Source: Somniosus microcephalus
Lineage: Eukaryota
Direction: 5' to 3'
Length of the DNA: 64,000 nt
Assembly (NCBI GenBank): GCA_052327205.1
Contig: CM126235.1
Location: 7,316,001 to 7,380,000, forward strand
Under the pieces are notes generated by a model. The model had not been told where the DNA came from, made no database searches, and worked only from the letters and a program-made list of their open reading frames with translations. Of this stretch, positions 52,931-63,973 are shown piece after piece. A program made the position numbers and the translations under genes. Each line of letters begins with the position of its first letter. Within the stretch, counting starts at the first letter, position 1.

Positions 52931-53317
52931 CCCAGCTTCTCCTGTCTCTCCGCATAACTGAAGTCCCTCGACCCTGGTAACAATCTCGTAAATCTCCTCT
53001 GCACTCTCTCCAAGGCCTTGACATCCTTCCGAAAGTGCGGTGCCCAGAATTGGACACAATTCTCCAGCTGAGGCCCAACCATTGCTTTATAAATAACTAG
53101 CTGGGGGAGCCCGGCGGTGCCGAGGCTTTCTCGAGGGCATGTTGTTGTTGGAAGAGAGAGAGGGNNNNNNNNNNNNNNNNNNNNNNNNNNNNNNNNNNNN
53201 NNNNNNNNNNNNNNNNNNNNNNNNNNNNNNNNNNNNNNNNNNNNNNNNNNNNNNNNNNNNNNNNNNNNNNNNNNNNNNNNNNNNNNNNNNNNNNNNNNNN
53301 NNNNNNNNNNNNNNNNN

Positions 53318-54255
53318 TCAAAATTATGAAGTGTTTTGACAATAAACAGAAGCTGTTTCCACTGGCAGGAAGGTCGGTAACCAGAGGACACTACAGTTGT
53401 ACAGGGCCTTGGTGAGACCACACCTGGAGTACTGTGTGCAGTTTTGGTCTCCTTACCTCAGAAAGGATATACTTGCCATAGAGGGAGTGCAGCGAAGGTT
53501 CACCAGACTGATTCCTGGGATGGCAGGACTGTCGTATGAGGAGAGATTGGGTCGACTAGGCCTGTATTGACTAGAGTTTAGAAGAATGAGAGGGGATCTC
53601 ATTGAAACGTATAAAATTCCGACCGGGCTAGACAGACTGGATGCAGGGAGGATGTTTCCCCCTGGCTGGGGGGGTCTAGAACGAGGGGTCACAGTCTCAG
53701 GATACGGGGTAGGACATTTAGGACTGAGATGAGAAGAAATTTCTTCACTCAGAGGGTGGTGAACCTGTGGAATTCTCTACCACAGAAGGCTGTGGAGGCC
53801 AAGTCACTGAATATATTTAAGAAGGAGATAGATAGATTTCTAAACACAAAAGGCATCAAGGGGTATGGGGAGAGAGTGGGAATATGGTATTGAGATAGAG
53901 GATCAGCCATGATCATATTGAATGGCGGAGCAGGCTCGAAGGGCCGAATGGCCTCCTCCTGCTCCTATTTTTCTATGTTTCTAAGGACACAGATTTAAGA
54001 GAATGGGCAAACGAACCAGAGGGTGGCGAGACGAGGACAAGTTTTTTTTTAACGCAGCGAGTTGTTGCGATCTGGAATGCGCTGCCCAAAAGGGCGGTGG
54101 AAGCAGATTCAATGGTGACTTTCAAAAGGGGAATTGGAGAAATACTTGAAAAGTTAGCGGGGCTGTGGGGAAAGGTGGGGGGCTAATTGGAAAGCTCTTT
54201 CGAAGAGCCAGCATAGGCACGGTGGGCCGAATGGCCTCCTTCTGTGTTGTGTGAT
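53318..54255 (+). mobile_element. Nested CR1 fragments after the second N gap
   Basis: A young CR1 (about 53392-53982) splits an older CR1 at a duplicated AGGACAC. Confidence 0.82.
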
Positions 54256-54833
54256 AATAGTTGGATTTACACATTTGCTTGTTCTGAATTCCCCTACCCC
54301 AGGAAGGAGTGTTTCCCTTTAATATGGCTGCAAAAACTAGGAAATCGTAAAAGGGAAACAGGATGATAGTAATTTTTTTTAAAAGCCTGTTAATTTTCCT
54401 TCATTATTTTAAACACCTCATTCGGATCACCCCGTAACCTCCTCATTGCATTTAAAGCCCCATCAAGAACCAGTGTTCTGAAGTTAACACAGCAGGCTCG
54501 AATGGCCTACCCTCCTCCTCCTCCTCCCCCACCCCTTGCTCCCACTTCTTAAAATATCTGCAGCCGCGATGGGGATTTTTAAGTTTTAAATTTTGAGAAA
54601 ATGTCGAAGGAAATGTTTAAAAACCCATTTCCTTCCGTTCGGTGCCTCTAAAATAATATATTTATAAATGCAACCCAGATTTTAAAAGTTTAAAAAAGTT
54701 GGGGAGGTTTTTTTTAAGACTCCAAAAAAGGAGGAAATTGGAAAAAGTTAATGGGGTTTCAATTTTTTTAAATAGAAAAGTACAGTAATATAATTAGTTA
54801 CATTTAAAAAAAAGCACCCAGAGTCACATGTGT

Positions 54834-54872
54834 GGGATTCCCCTGTTCAACCTCAGACAAGTAGAGGCGGGG
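54834..54872 (+). promoter_or_regulatory. Proximal promoter: NF-kB site plus GC box
   Basis: GGGATTCCCC at 54834-54843 fits GGGRNNYYCC; GAGGCGGGG at 54864-54872; about 200 bp upstream of the IkB-like ATG. Confidence 0.6.
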
Positions 54873-55045
54873 TTTGCTGGCAACAAAAGTTTTGGTAAGT
54901 CTCCACCTACTCCCCAGTCTGAAGGAACTATTCAAAGAGTGGAGTACAGAGTGTGGTCTGTCTACCAAAGTAAGCCACAACAACAAAAAAAGTCTAAAAC
55001 AAAAAGGGGAAAATATCATTTAAAGTTGGGGAAAATAAAGAGACG

Positions 55046-55296
55046 ATGGCTGATTTCTCGGTGAGTTTCACAGGGGAAACTGACCAGAACAGACGCAGGC
55101 ATGTCAAACTGCAGGATGCCAAGTTTGGGCTGGAGGCCGACCGGCTGGACAGTGGGATCGACTCCATGCAAGAAGCGGATGAGAGCCTGACCAGTATATC
55201 CGATCAGATGGAACATTTACAGGTCAGCTGTGGGAGTGTGGAACAACAGCGCCGAGCCCAGGGCTGGACGTGGTTCAGGAGCGACGATGGGGACAC
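55046..55296 (+). CDS. nfkbia: IkB-alpha (NFKBIA)-like exon 1, signal-response region
   Basis: MADF...KLQDAKFGLEADRLDSGIDSMQE...ISDQMEHLQV...WFRSDDGDT; DSGxxS degron at 55148-55165; ends in phase 2 inside the GDT codon (AC|GTAAGG), as I recall for NFKBIA exon 1. Confidence 0.9.
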
Positions 55297-55467
55297 GTAA
55301 GGCTCGCAATTTTGTTACAGTAATTCGATACATAAATGATTTCCATGAATGATTATTTAACATGAACGTAAAAAAAAAAATGAGGGTTGTTGTGGCTTTG
55401 AAGGTGACTTTCCGGCTAGGGATTTATCCACAATCTTGGGTCTTAAGCTGGGGTACTAAGGAAATAA

Positions 55468-55865
55468 TTTATATAGCGCCTTTCACGACCTCCATACTTC
55501 CCCATTGAAGCCCTTTTGAAGTGGAGTCACTGTTGTAATGTAGGAAACGCGGCAGCCAATTTGCGCACAGCAAGCTCCCGCAAACAGCAATGTGATAATG
55601 ACCGGATAATCTGTTTTAGTGATGTTGGTTGAGGGATAAATATTGGCCCCAGGACACCGGGGAGAATGCTTTCTCCCCCCCCCCCCCCCCACCAAGCTCT
55701 TCTTCGAAATAGGGTCTTTTACGTCTGCCCTCGCAGCCTCGGTACCGCGGCTCATCCGAAAGACGGCAGTGCGGCACTCCCTCGGCACTGCACTGGGAGC
55801 GTCCGCCTAGATTTTTGTGCTCCAGTCTCTGGACTGGGGACTTGAACCCCCATGACCTCCCGACT
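55468..55865 (-). mobile_element. Deu-SINE
   Basis: Reverse complement of the same family. Confidence 0.8.
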
Positions 55866-56482
55866 ATGAGTAACATGTTTTAAAAAAATTGAACCCAATC
55901 AAAACCAAAGTCACAGTAAGCCCTTGTCGTGCTGCATTCCTTCAAATCAGAAGATAGTCCCGTTGAGCCATGGCTGACGCCCTCAGTCTAGCCTACGTTC
56001 TGGTTGTTCCGGTTCTGTGTAAACCGCGCCTTGTTGGGTCTGCCGCTGGTGAGTCCCCTTTACCATGTTTTCTTGCTTTAGCCGGGCCAGTGATGTGCAG
56101 TATGCAACTTGGTGAGAATGAAAGGGGAGGGGTTCTGTTTTAGCATCTTTTAAGATGAGAGGTAAAGCGGGGGAAGAGCGCAAAAGAATCTGTGTGGGGG
56201 AGAGAGAGGAAGGAGCAAGTAAGAATGTGAAGGAGAGGGAGGCAAGAGAGATGCAATCTATCCTAGTCCGAATGTACTTTAACACCGAGGCTGATTAAAC
56301 AGAGAATCGTAGAAATTTACGGCACAGAAGGAGGCCATTCAGCCCATCGTGTCCGTGCAGATTGATCTTAAACATTTATCTTCACTCCAGACCCTGGATA
56401 TGTCCATTAGGAAAACCAAATGACCCTTCCGCGTGTATAAGACAGGAAGAGGAGGAGGCCATTCAGCCCCTCGAGCCTGTAG

Positions 56483-56950
56483 TGTCAGCTGTGGCTCAGC
56501 GGGCAGCGCTCTCTCTCGCCTCTGAGTCAGAAGGTTGTGGATTCGAGTCCCACTCCAGGGACTTGAGCACAAAAATCTAGGCCGACGCTCCCAGCGCAGT
56601 GCTGAGGGAGCGCTGCACTGTCGGAGGTGCCGTCTTTCAGAGGAGACGTTAAACCGAGGCCCCGTCTGCGCTCTCGGGTGGACGTAAAAGATCCCACGGG
56701 CACTATTTTGAAGAAGAGCAGGGGGGAGTTCTCCCCGGTGTCCTGGGCCAATATTTATCCCTCAATCAACATGAGGAAAACAGATGATCTGGTCATTATC
56801 ACATTGCTGTTTGTGGGAGCTTGCTGTGCGCAAATTGTTTTCCCACATTACAACAGTGACTACACTTCAAAAAGTACTTAATTGGCTTTAAAGTGCTTTG
56901 AGACGTCCGGTGGTCGTGAAAGGCGCTGGAGAAATGCAAGTCTTTCTTTT
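56483..56950 (+). mobile_element. Deu-SINE
   Basis: Full head, domain and tail. Confidence 0.85.
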
Positions 56951-57297
56951 TCCTTGTACCAACATTCATGGCTGCTCTCGCCTAGATAGTCTGTTGATGG
57001 GCTATTTAAGAGTGGGAGCCAAATCCTGATGATTTTTTTTTTTCCCCCCCTCCTCCTCTCCCTATGTCCCTTCCGGCATGTTTCACTGGTTAGTCATCAG
57101 GACCGGGAATGCTCACTGATTTCCCCTCCCCCCTGCCTAATTCAGAGGGCACTGAAACCACTTTAGCGATTCCCAACACCCACCTCACCATCAACGTCTC
57201 CTTTTAGAAAAACATCATTGCTTCCGATTGTCTATCCTTGGGTATAAAATCCATTAAAAAAAAAATACAGTTTAATCCCCCCAACAAATGTAATGTT

Positions 57298-57800
57298 GAG
57301 GTTATAACTAATGAGGAAAGGCTGAACAGGATGGGGCTCTTTACTCTAGAAACAAGAAGGCTGAGGGGTGACCTGATCGAGGCCTTTAAAATTATGAAGG
57401 GGTTCAGTAGAGTAGACGTAGAGAGGATGTTTCCCCTTGTGAAGGGAGACCAAAACTAGGGGATCATCAATATACGATAGTCACTGATAAATCCAATGGG
57501 GAATTCAGGAGAAACTCCTTTGCCCACAGTGTGGTGAGAATGTGGAACTCGCTACCACAGGGAGTGGTTGAGGTGAATAGTATCGATGCATTTAAGGGGA
57601 AGCTGGATAAACACATGAGGGAGAAAGGAATAGAAGGGTATGCTGATGGGATGAGATGAAGAGCGGGTGGGAGGAGGCTCGTGCGGAGCAGGAACACCAG
57701 CACGGAGCAGTTGAACCGAATTTCCTGTTTGTGGATTGTAAATTCTATGGAATTCTGTGCTGTAAATTCTATGGAATTCTGTGCTGTAAATTCTGTGTAA
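57298..57800 (+). mobile_element. CR1 3' end with a 24-bp tandemly repeated tail
   Basis: EERLNRMGLFTLETRRLRGDLIEAFKIM; (TGTAAATTCTATGGAATTCTGTGC) about 2.5 times. Confidence 0.82.
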
Positions 57801-57864
57801 TTCCAAGTAATTTCCAAAGTCATTTTGTTCCGACTTTCTTTCCAAGTATCCCATGTGTTGTAGG

Positions 57865-57932
57865 TGAAAGTCCCTGCAGTTCTTGAGAAAGTCCAAGGAA
57901 ATTCCCTGTGAGCAAAGGTTGGGGAAAATTCC
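57865..57932. promoter_or_regulatory. Intronic kB-site cluster
   Basis: TGAAAGTCCC (57865, reverse GGGACTTTCA), GGAAATTCCC (57897-57906, reverse GGGAATTTCC) and GGGGAAAATTCC (57921) within 70 bp of non-repeat sequence. Confidence 0.55.
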
Positions 57933-58326
57933 TCGTTTTTTTTTCTTGGGTATTTCTTATTTGGCCTAATTGGCAGCTTGTCGTCATGTTACGTGCAGGC
58001 TCTAGGAGCTGTGGAGATAGAGATGGCCTGTTCTAGTAGAAAACCTCCCCTCTGCCAGTTTAACACGAGCTTGTTGTGAGAACATGAGTCACAATTTCTA
58101 CCCTAGTGTTGCTAACCTGCACCTAAATAAATATTTGATATCGTACCCACCCTGCTATTAGACCGGTTATACAGAGGCAGCTATGAATAGAATTTGCTTG
58201 GTGTTTGGCCCAGTTTTTGGGCTATTTACACTGTATGACGTGGTATTGAGTAAGGGAGTCCCACCTGCTATCCCTTGTAGCAGCCATCCGGACTCCGAGC
58301 AACTAACTCGGTATAGTCCAGGGAGA

Positions 58327-58820
58327 CACTAGATTGATCCCTGGGATGAGGGGGCTATCCTATGAGGAGAGATTGAGTAGATTAGGCCGAGATTCTCTGG
58401 AGTTTAGAAGAATGAGAGGTGATCTCATTGAAACATACAAGATTCTGAGGGGATTGACAGGGTAGATGCTGAGAGGTTGTTTCCCCCTGGCTGGAGTGTC
58501 TAGAACTAGGAGGCATAGTCTCGGGATAAGGGGTCGGTCATTTAAGACCGAGATGAGGAGGAATTTCTTCACTCAGAGGGTTGTGAACCTTTAGGATTCT
58601 CTCTACCCCAGAGGGCTGTGGATGCTGAATCGTTGAGTATATTGAAGGCTGAGATCGATAGATTTTTGGACTCTCGGGGAATCGAGGGATATGGAGATCG
58701 GGCTGGAAAGTGGAGTTGAGGTCGAAGATCAGCCATGATCTTATTGAATGGTGGAGCAGGCTCGAGGATGGGGGGGTGGTGGTGGCGTCTGGCTGACCCC
58801 TGCTCCTAATTCTTATGAAT
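58327..58820 (+). mobile_element. CR1 3' fragment
   Basis: CR1 C-terminal coding sequence and tail; further copies at 60256-60776 (-) and 61355-61667 (+). Confidence 0.82.
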
Positions 58821-59438
58821 ATGGGACATTCCTGTTTTGACCTGGCTTGGTTACAAAGCAGGCAGTGAATTTTTTTTTTGCGCACTGACCATTGGGGAAA
58901 CCCAGATGGAAATGTCTTGATTCGAACGCATAAAGGTGTTTGAGGTGGGGTGTGGGGGGGAAAGAAATAGCTCGCCCTACACCATGAGAGAATTAACCGA
59001 CTGAAAGAGGACCGAGAATGACTGATGCAGAGGTAAAGCACTCGTGGGCTTGGACTTAAATGACTCACCTGTTGGCTGGCTCGTGCTTCAGTGACCTTCG
59101 ACCCCCCCACCACCCCCTGACGCATGTCCCCTGGGAGGCGAGTGCTGCTTTAGTGACTTCCCCCAATTATGGGCAGCTTAATTTCTCACCCATTAACATT
59201 GGCAGAAAAAAAAGTGTCTGCAGTCTCTTCAACAGCAATAACGTGCATTTACATAGCGCCTTTAATGTAGTAAGACGTTCCCCAAGGGCGCTTCACAGGA
59301 GCGAAAATCAGACACCGAACCACATAAGGAAATGTTAGTACAATAGCAAAATACTGCGGATGTTGGAAATCCGAAATAACAACAGAAAATGCTGGAAAAA
59401 CTCAGCAGGCCAGGCAACATCCGTGGAGAGAGAAAGAG

Positions 59439-59474
59439 AGTCAACGTTTCAGGTCGAAACCCTTCGTCAGGACT
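59439..59474 (-). ncRNA. Minimal type I hammerhead ribozyme motif in a Penelope-type repeat
   Basis: Minus strand reads AGTC-CTGACGA-AGG-GTTTCGA-CCT-GAAA-C-GTT-GACT: catalytic core, helix I AGTC/GACT, helix II AGG/CCT, palindromic AACGTT helix III. Confidence 0.6.
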
Positions 59475-60948
59475 GAGGAAAAACACAGGAAATGAAACAG
59501 ATTAAAAGGCCAGTTTGGGGGCTGGGAAATGGGGATGAAAGAACAAAAAAGAAGTGAAGAGACATTAAGAGGTATTCAAAACCAGACGAGATGGTGGTCG
59601 GACTAGTGGAGACAAAAGACGGCTCCAGATGAGGTGTGAAATACGCTGGCAGAATGGGAGACAGCTGCCGTGTGGGAGAGAGAAAAAAAAGGGGAAGGGC
59701 ACAAAACAAAGGTGTGGATAAAAATGTTAGGACCAAAGGCCTGGTCAAAGAGGTAGGTCTTAAGGAGAAGGAAGAGGGAGAGGTCTAGAGAGAGAATTCC
59801 AGACCTTAAGAATTAGGAGCTGGAGTCGGCCCCTCGAGCCTGCTCCGCCATTCAGTAAGATCACGGTTGATCTTCGACCTCATCTCCACTTTCCCGCCCG
59901 ATCCCCCATATCCCTCAGAGTGCAGAAATCTCTCGATTAGGGCCCAGGCAGCTGAAGGCACGGCCGCCAATGGTGGGGTGAAGGAAATGGGGGGGGGGTG
60001 GAATACGCAAGAGGTTTATTATCCCGAAAGCAAAATACTGCAGGGATTCTGTAGGGCAGCGTCTGCGGAGAGAGAAAACCAGGGTTAACGTTTCAGGTCG
60101 ATGACCCTTCGTCAGTTGTGACAAAGGGTCATCGACCTGAAATGTTAACCCTGTTTCTCTCTCCACAGATGCTGCCAGGCTTACTGTCTCCTTGTGTGGC
60201 TTCGGTGTCGAGTATTGTCTGATTTACGCTCCTGTGAAGCTCCTTGGGACGTTTTAAGAACATAAGAAATAGGAGCAGGAATAGGCCACTTGGCCCCTCG
60301 AGCCTGCTCCGCCATTCAATAAGATCATGGCTGATCTTGGGCTCAAAACCACTTCCCCGCCCGCTCCCCATAACCCTTCACTCCCTTATCTTGCAAAAAT
60401 CTGTCTATCTCCACCTTAAATGTATTTAATGACCCAGCCTCCACGGCTCTCTGGGGCAGAGAATTCCACAGATTTACGACCCTCCGAGAGAAGAAATTCC
60501 TCCTCATCTCAGTTCTAAAAGGGCGACCCTTTATTCTGAAACTGTGTCCCCCGAGTTCTAGATTTCCCCACGAGGGGAAACATCCTCTCTGCATCTACCT
60601 TGTCGAGCCCCCTCAGTATCTTATATGTTTCGATAAGATCACCTCTCATTCTTCTAAATTCCAATGAGTATAGACCCAACCTGCTCAACCTTTCTTCGTA
60701 AGTCAACCCCTCATCTCAGGAATCAACCGAGTGAATCGTCTCTGAACTGCCTCCAATGCAAGTATATCCTTCCTTTAAGTTTTACTGGAGTAAAGATGCT
60801 GTATAAAGACAATTTGTTTGGATGAGGAGGGGTGTGGGAGAGGAAATTGGAGCATAAGGAAATAGTTCTAGATTTAACAGGTTTTTTATGTACCTTCCCT
60901 TCCCCTGTTATGAAACCAATGGGACCTTTTACAGTAAGAATTGATTCT

Positions 60949-61078
60949 GGAATTCCCCTTCTCGATGTGTCAGCATCGCACCACTGCTTTGCTTTCGCTT
61001 CACAGCTGCCGCCCAATGTGGAAATAGTTACTCACTTCCATGCTGTCGGGCAGACATGGGAATTCTCAGGAAGTTCCT
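60949..61078. promoter_or_regulatory. Second intronic kB-like cluster before exon 2
   Basis: GGAATTCCCC (60949-60958, reverse GGGGAATTCC), GGGAATTCTC (61058) and GGAAGTTCCT (61069). Confidence 0.45.
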
Positions 61079-61168
61079 GCCCTGTGTGTGTTCTCAGCCA
61101 CGTCGTTCCCCCGGACCCCCTCACCATTGCTTATTTTTCATCTCTCTCTCTCTTTCCTTTTTCCTCAG

Positions 61169-61268
61169 GTTTCTCCATCTGGCCATTCTGCACAAGCGCC
61201 CGGATATTGCCAGCTTCCTCTTGAAGTCCGAACCAGCCGTTGTCGACCTTTGCAACAAATCCCGGCAG
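61169..61268 (+). CDS. nfkbia: IkB-alpha-like exon 2, ankyrin repeat 1
   Basis: Long polypyrimidine tract plus cAG; completes GDT then FLHLAILHKRPDIASFLLKSEPAVVDLCNKSRQ; CAG|GTGAGT donor. Confidence 0.92.
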
Positions 61269-62361
61269 GTGAGTCTCATCTTGCCTCCATCACCGTCTAG
61301 CTGCAGGACAACGCTCCGCACCGCCCCCCCGTGACAAGAAGGGATATAGAAAGAATGGGGGAATCTAGAACTAGGGGGCGTAGTTTCAGAATAAGGGGGC
61401 ACCCTTGTAAATCGGAAATGAGGAGGAATTTCTTCTCAGAGGGTCGTGAATCTGTGGAATTCTCTTCCCCAGGGAGCTGTGGAGGCTGGACCACTGAATA
61501 TATTTAAGGTGGAGATAGGCAGATTTTTGAACGATAAGGGAGTCAAGGGTTATGGGGAGCGGGCAGGGAAGTGGAGTTGAGGCCAAGATCAGATCAGCCA
61601 TGATCTTATTGAATGGCGGAGCAGGCTCAAGGGGCCGAATGACCTCCTCTTGCTCCTACGTCTTATGTAAAGAAAGAACTCTGCTGCCCTGTATCCTAAC
61701 TCACACCGAGTCCTGTTCACCCATCATCCCCCCTGTTGCTCGTTGACCTACATTGGCTCCCGGTCCGGCAACACCTCGAATTTAAAATGCAACATGTAAT
61801 CTAAAATCGGTTTGACCTCGCCAGATTAAACTTAGCAAAGGACTGGCTCTTTCACCATAGCAACCGTGGGTTTGTGGAGTAAAATTGAAGATGGTACCAA
61901 ATTTTCCGTGCCTCTGTCACCTTTAGACTCGACTATTCCAACGCTCTCCTGGCCCCGCCTCCCATCTTCTACCCTCCGTAAACTTGAGCTCATCCCAAAC
62001 TCGGCTGCCCCCCCCCCCCCACCCCGTGTCCTAACTCGCCCCGAGTCCCGTTCACCCATCACCGCCTGCGCTCGCTGGCCTACACTGGCTCCCGGACCGG
62101 CAACGCCTCAATTTTTTAAAATTCTCATCCTCGTGTTCAAATTCCCTCCGTGGCCTGCTCGCCCCACTTCTCCCTATCTCTGGTACCCCCTACAACCCTC
62201 TGAGAACTCGGCGCTCCTCCGATTCTGGCCTCTTGCACATCCCGCACTCCCATAATCCCACCAATGGCGGCTGTGCCATCAGCCATCTAAGACAAGCCTC
62301 TCTTTGACCAATCTTTTAGTCACCCCTCCTACAATAAATGAGTTAGATGACCAGTTAATCT

Positions 62362-63150
62362 GTTTTTTTTTAATTCATTTATGGGATGTGGGCGTCGCTG
62401 GCAAGGCCAGCGTTTATTGCCCATCCCTAATTGCCCTTGAGAAGGTGGTGGTGAGCCGCCATCTTGAACCGCTGCAGTCCATGTGGTGAAGGTGCTCCCA
62501 CAGTGCTGTTAGGGAGAGAGTTCCAGGATTTTGACCCAGCGACGATGAAGGAACGGCTGATATATTTCCAAGTCAGGATGGTGTGTGACTTGGAGGGGAA
62601 CTTTGAGGTGGTGGTGTTCCCATGCGCCTGCTGCCCTTGTCCTTCTAGGTGGTGGAGGTCACAGGTTTGGGAGGTGCTGCCGAAGAAGCCTTGGCGAGTT
62701 GCTGCAGTGCATCTTGTAGATGGTACACACTGCAGCCACGGTGCGCCGGTGGTGGAGGGAGTGAATGTTTAAGGTGGTGGATGGGGTGCCAATCAAGCAG
62801 GCTGCTTTGTCCTGTATGGTGTTGAGCTTCTTGTGTTGTTGGAGCTGCACTCATCCAGGCAAGTGGAGAGTATTCCATCACACTCCTGACTTGTGCCTTG
62901 TAGATGGTGGAAAGGCTTTGGGGAGTCAGGAGGTGAGACAGTCGCTGCAGAATACCCAGCGTCTGACCTGCTCTTGTTGCCACAGTATTTATGTGGCTGG
63001 TCCAGTTAAGTTTCTGGTCAATGGTGACCCCCAGGATGTTGATGGTGGGGGATTCGGCGATGGTAATGCCGATGAATGTCAAGGGAAGGTGGTTAGAGTC
63101 TTGCTTGTTGGAGATAGTCATTGCCTGGCACTTCTGTGGCGCGAATGCAA
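62362..63150 (-). mobile_element. CR1-group LINE, second family, fragment
   Basis: Reverse complement of the same family; shorter copies at about 25195-25500 (+) and 36805-37135 (+). Confidence 0.85.
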
Positions 63151-63494
63151 AATTATCCCTCTGAACTTTAAAAGGGGTGGAGATTATGTGTGAATCAAAT
63201 ATGAAAATATTGGAAATACACAGCGGGTGTACGGACGGGCCATCAGAGATTTGTTTGTTCTTACAAAGAGCCGGCACATGGACAATGGGCCGAATGGCCT
63301 ATCATTCCATGATTCTACAAGGCCTGTTGGAATCTGAAGCAGAATGAGACCGGTTAAAGTTTCAGATGTGACCCTTCAGACACCTGCAATCTGCCATTTC
63401 CTGTTATTTATCTGAGATTTACAGAATCAGCGGGTTTTTACTTCATCTTTGCTCCTGTGTCATGGGTAACCTGCCGTTTAATTTTATTGAAGCG

Positions 63495-63935
63495 GTTCAG
63501 TGGGAGGCACACTCTCTCGCCTCAGAGTTAGAAGGTTGTGGGTTCAAGTCCCCACTCCAGAGACTTGAGCACGAAAATCTAGGCTGACACTCCAGTGCAG
63601 TGCTGAGGGAGTGCTGCACTGTCGGAGGTGCCGTCTTTCGGATGAGACGTTAAACCGAGGCCCCGTCTGCCCCCTCAGGTGGACGTAAAAGATCCTATGG
63701 CACTATTTCGAAGAGTTCTCCCCGGTGTCCTGGGGCCAATATTTATCCCTCAACCAACATCACTAAAAACAGATTATCTGGTCATGCTCACATTGCTGTT
63801 TGTGGGAGCTTGCTGTGTGCAAATTGGCTGCCGTGTTACCTACATTACAATAGTGACTACAATTCAAAAAGCACTCTTCACTGGCTGTAGGGCGCTTTGG
63901 GGTGTATGACAGGCGCTATGTAAATGCAAGTCTTT
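63495..63935 (+). mobile_element. Deu-SINE just upstream of the IkB-like exon 3 acceptor
   Basis: Full head, domain and tail. Confidence 0.85.
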
Positions 63936-63973
63936 GAAGATTTCACTCATTTTTCTTTTCTTTGATTTTCCAG

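Noticed and set aside
51377-53421. Long ORFs in the track (560, 338, 220 aa) spanning N runs
   Set aside because: They join unrelated CR1 and RTE-X pieces across gaps and are artefacts.
55995-56066. Minus-strand ATG segment ending in phase 1 as the missing BTBD7-like first exon
   Set aside because: Weak donor (C|GTAGGC) and no similarity to the BTBD7 N-terminus.
57979-58175. Possible small LTR-like insert with AATAAA flanked by GGCAGCT
   Set aside because: TG...CA ends and TSD length do not fit together, and there is no second copy in the window.
59063-59125. Strong minus-strand donor CAG|GTGAGT after an ATG
   Set aside because: The ATG frame ends in phase 0, incompatible with the phase-1 acceptor, and shows no homology.
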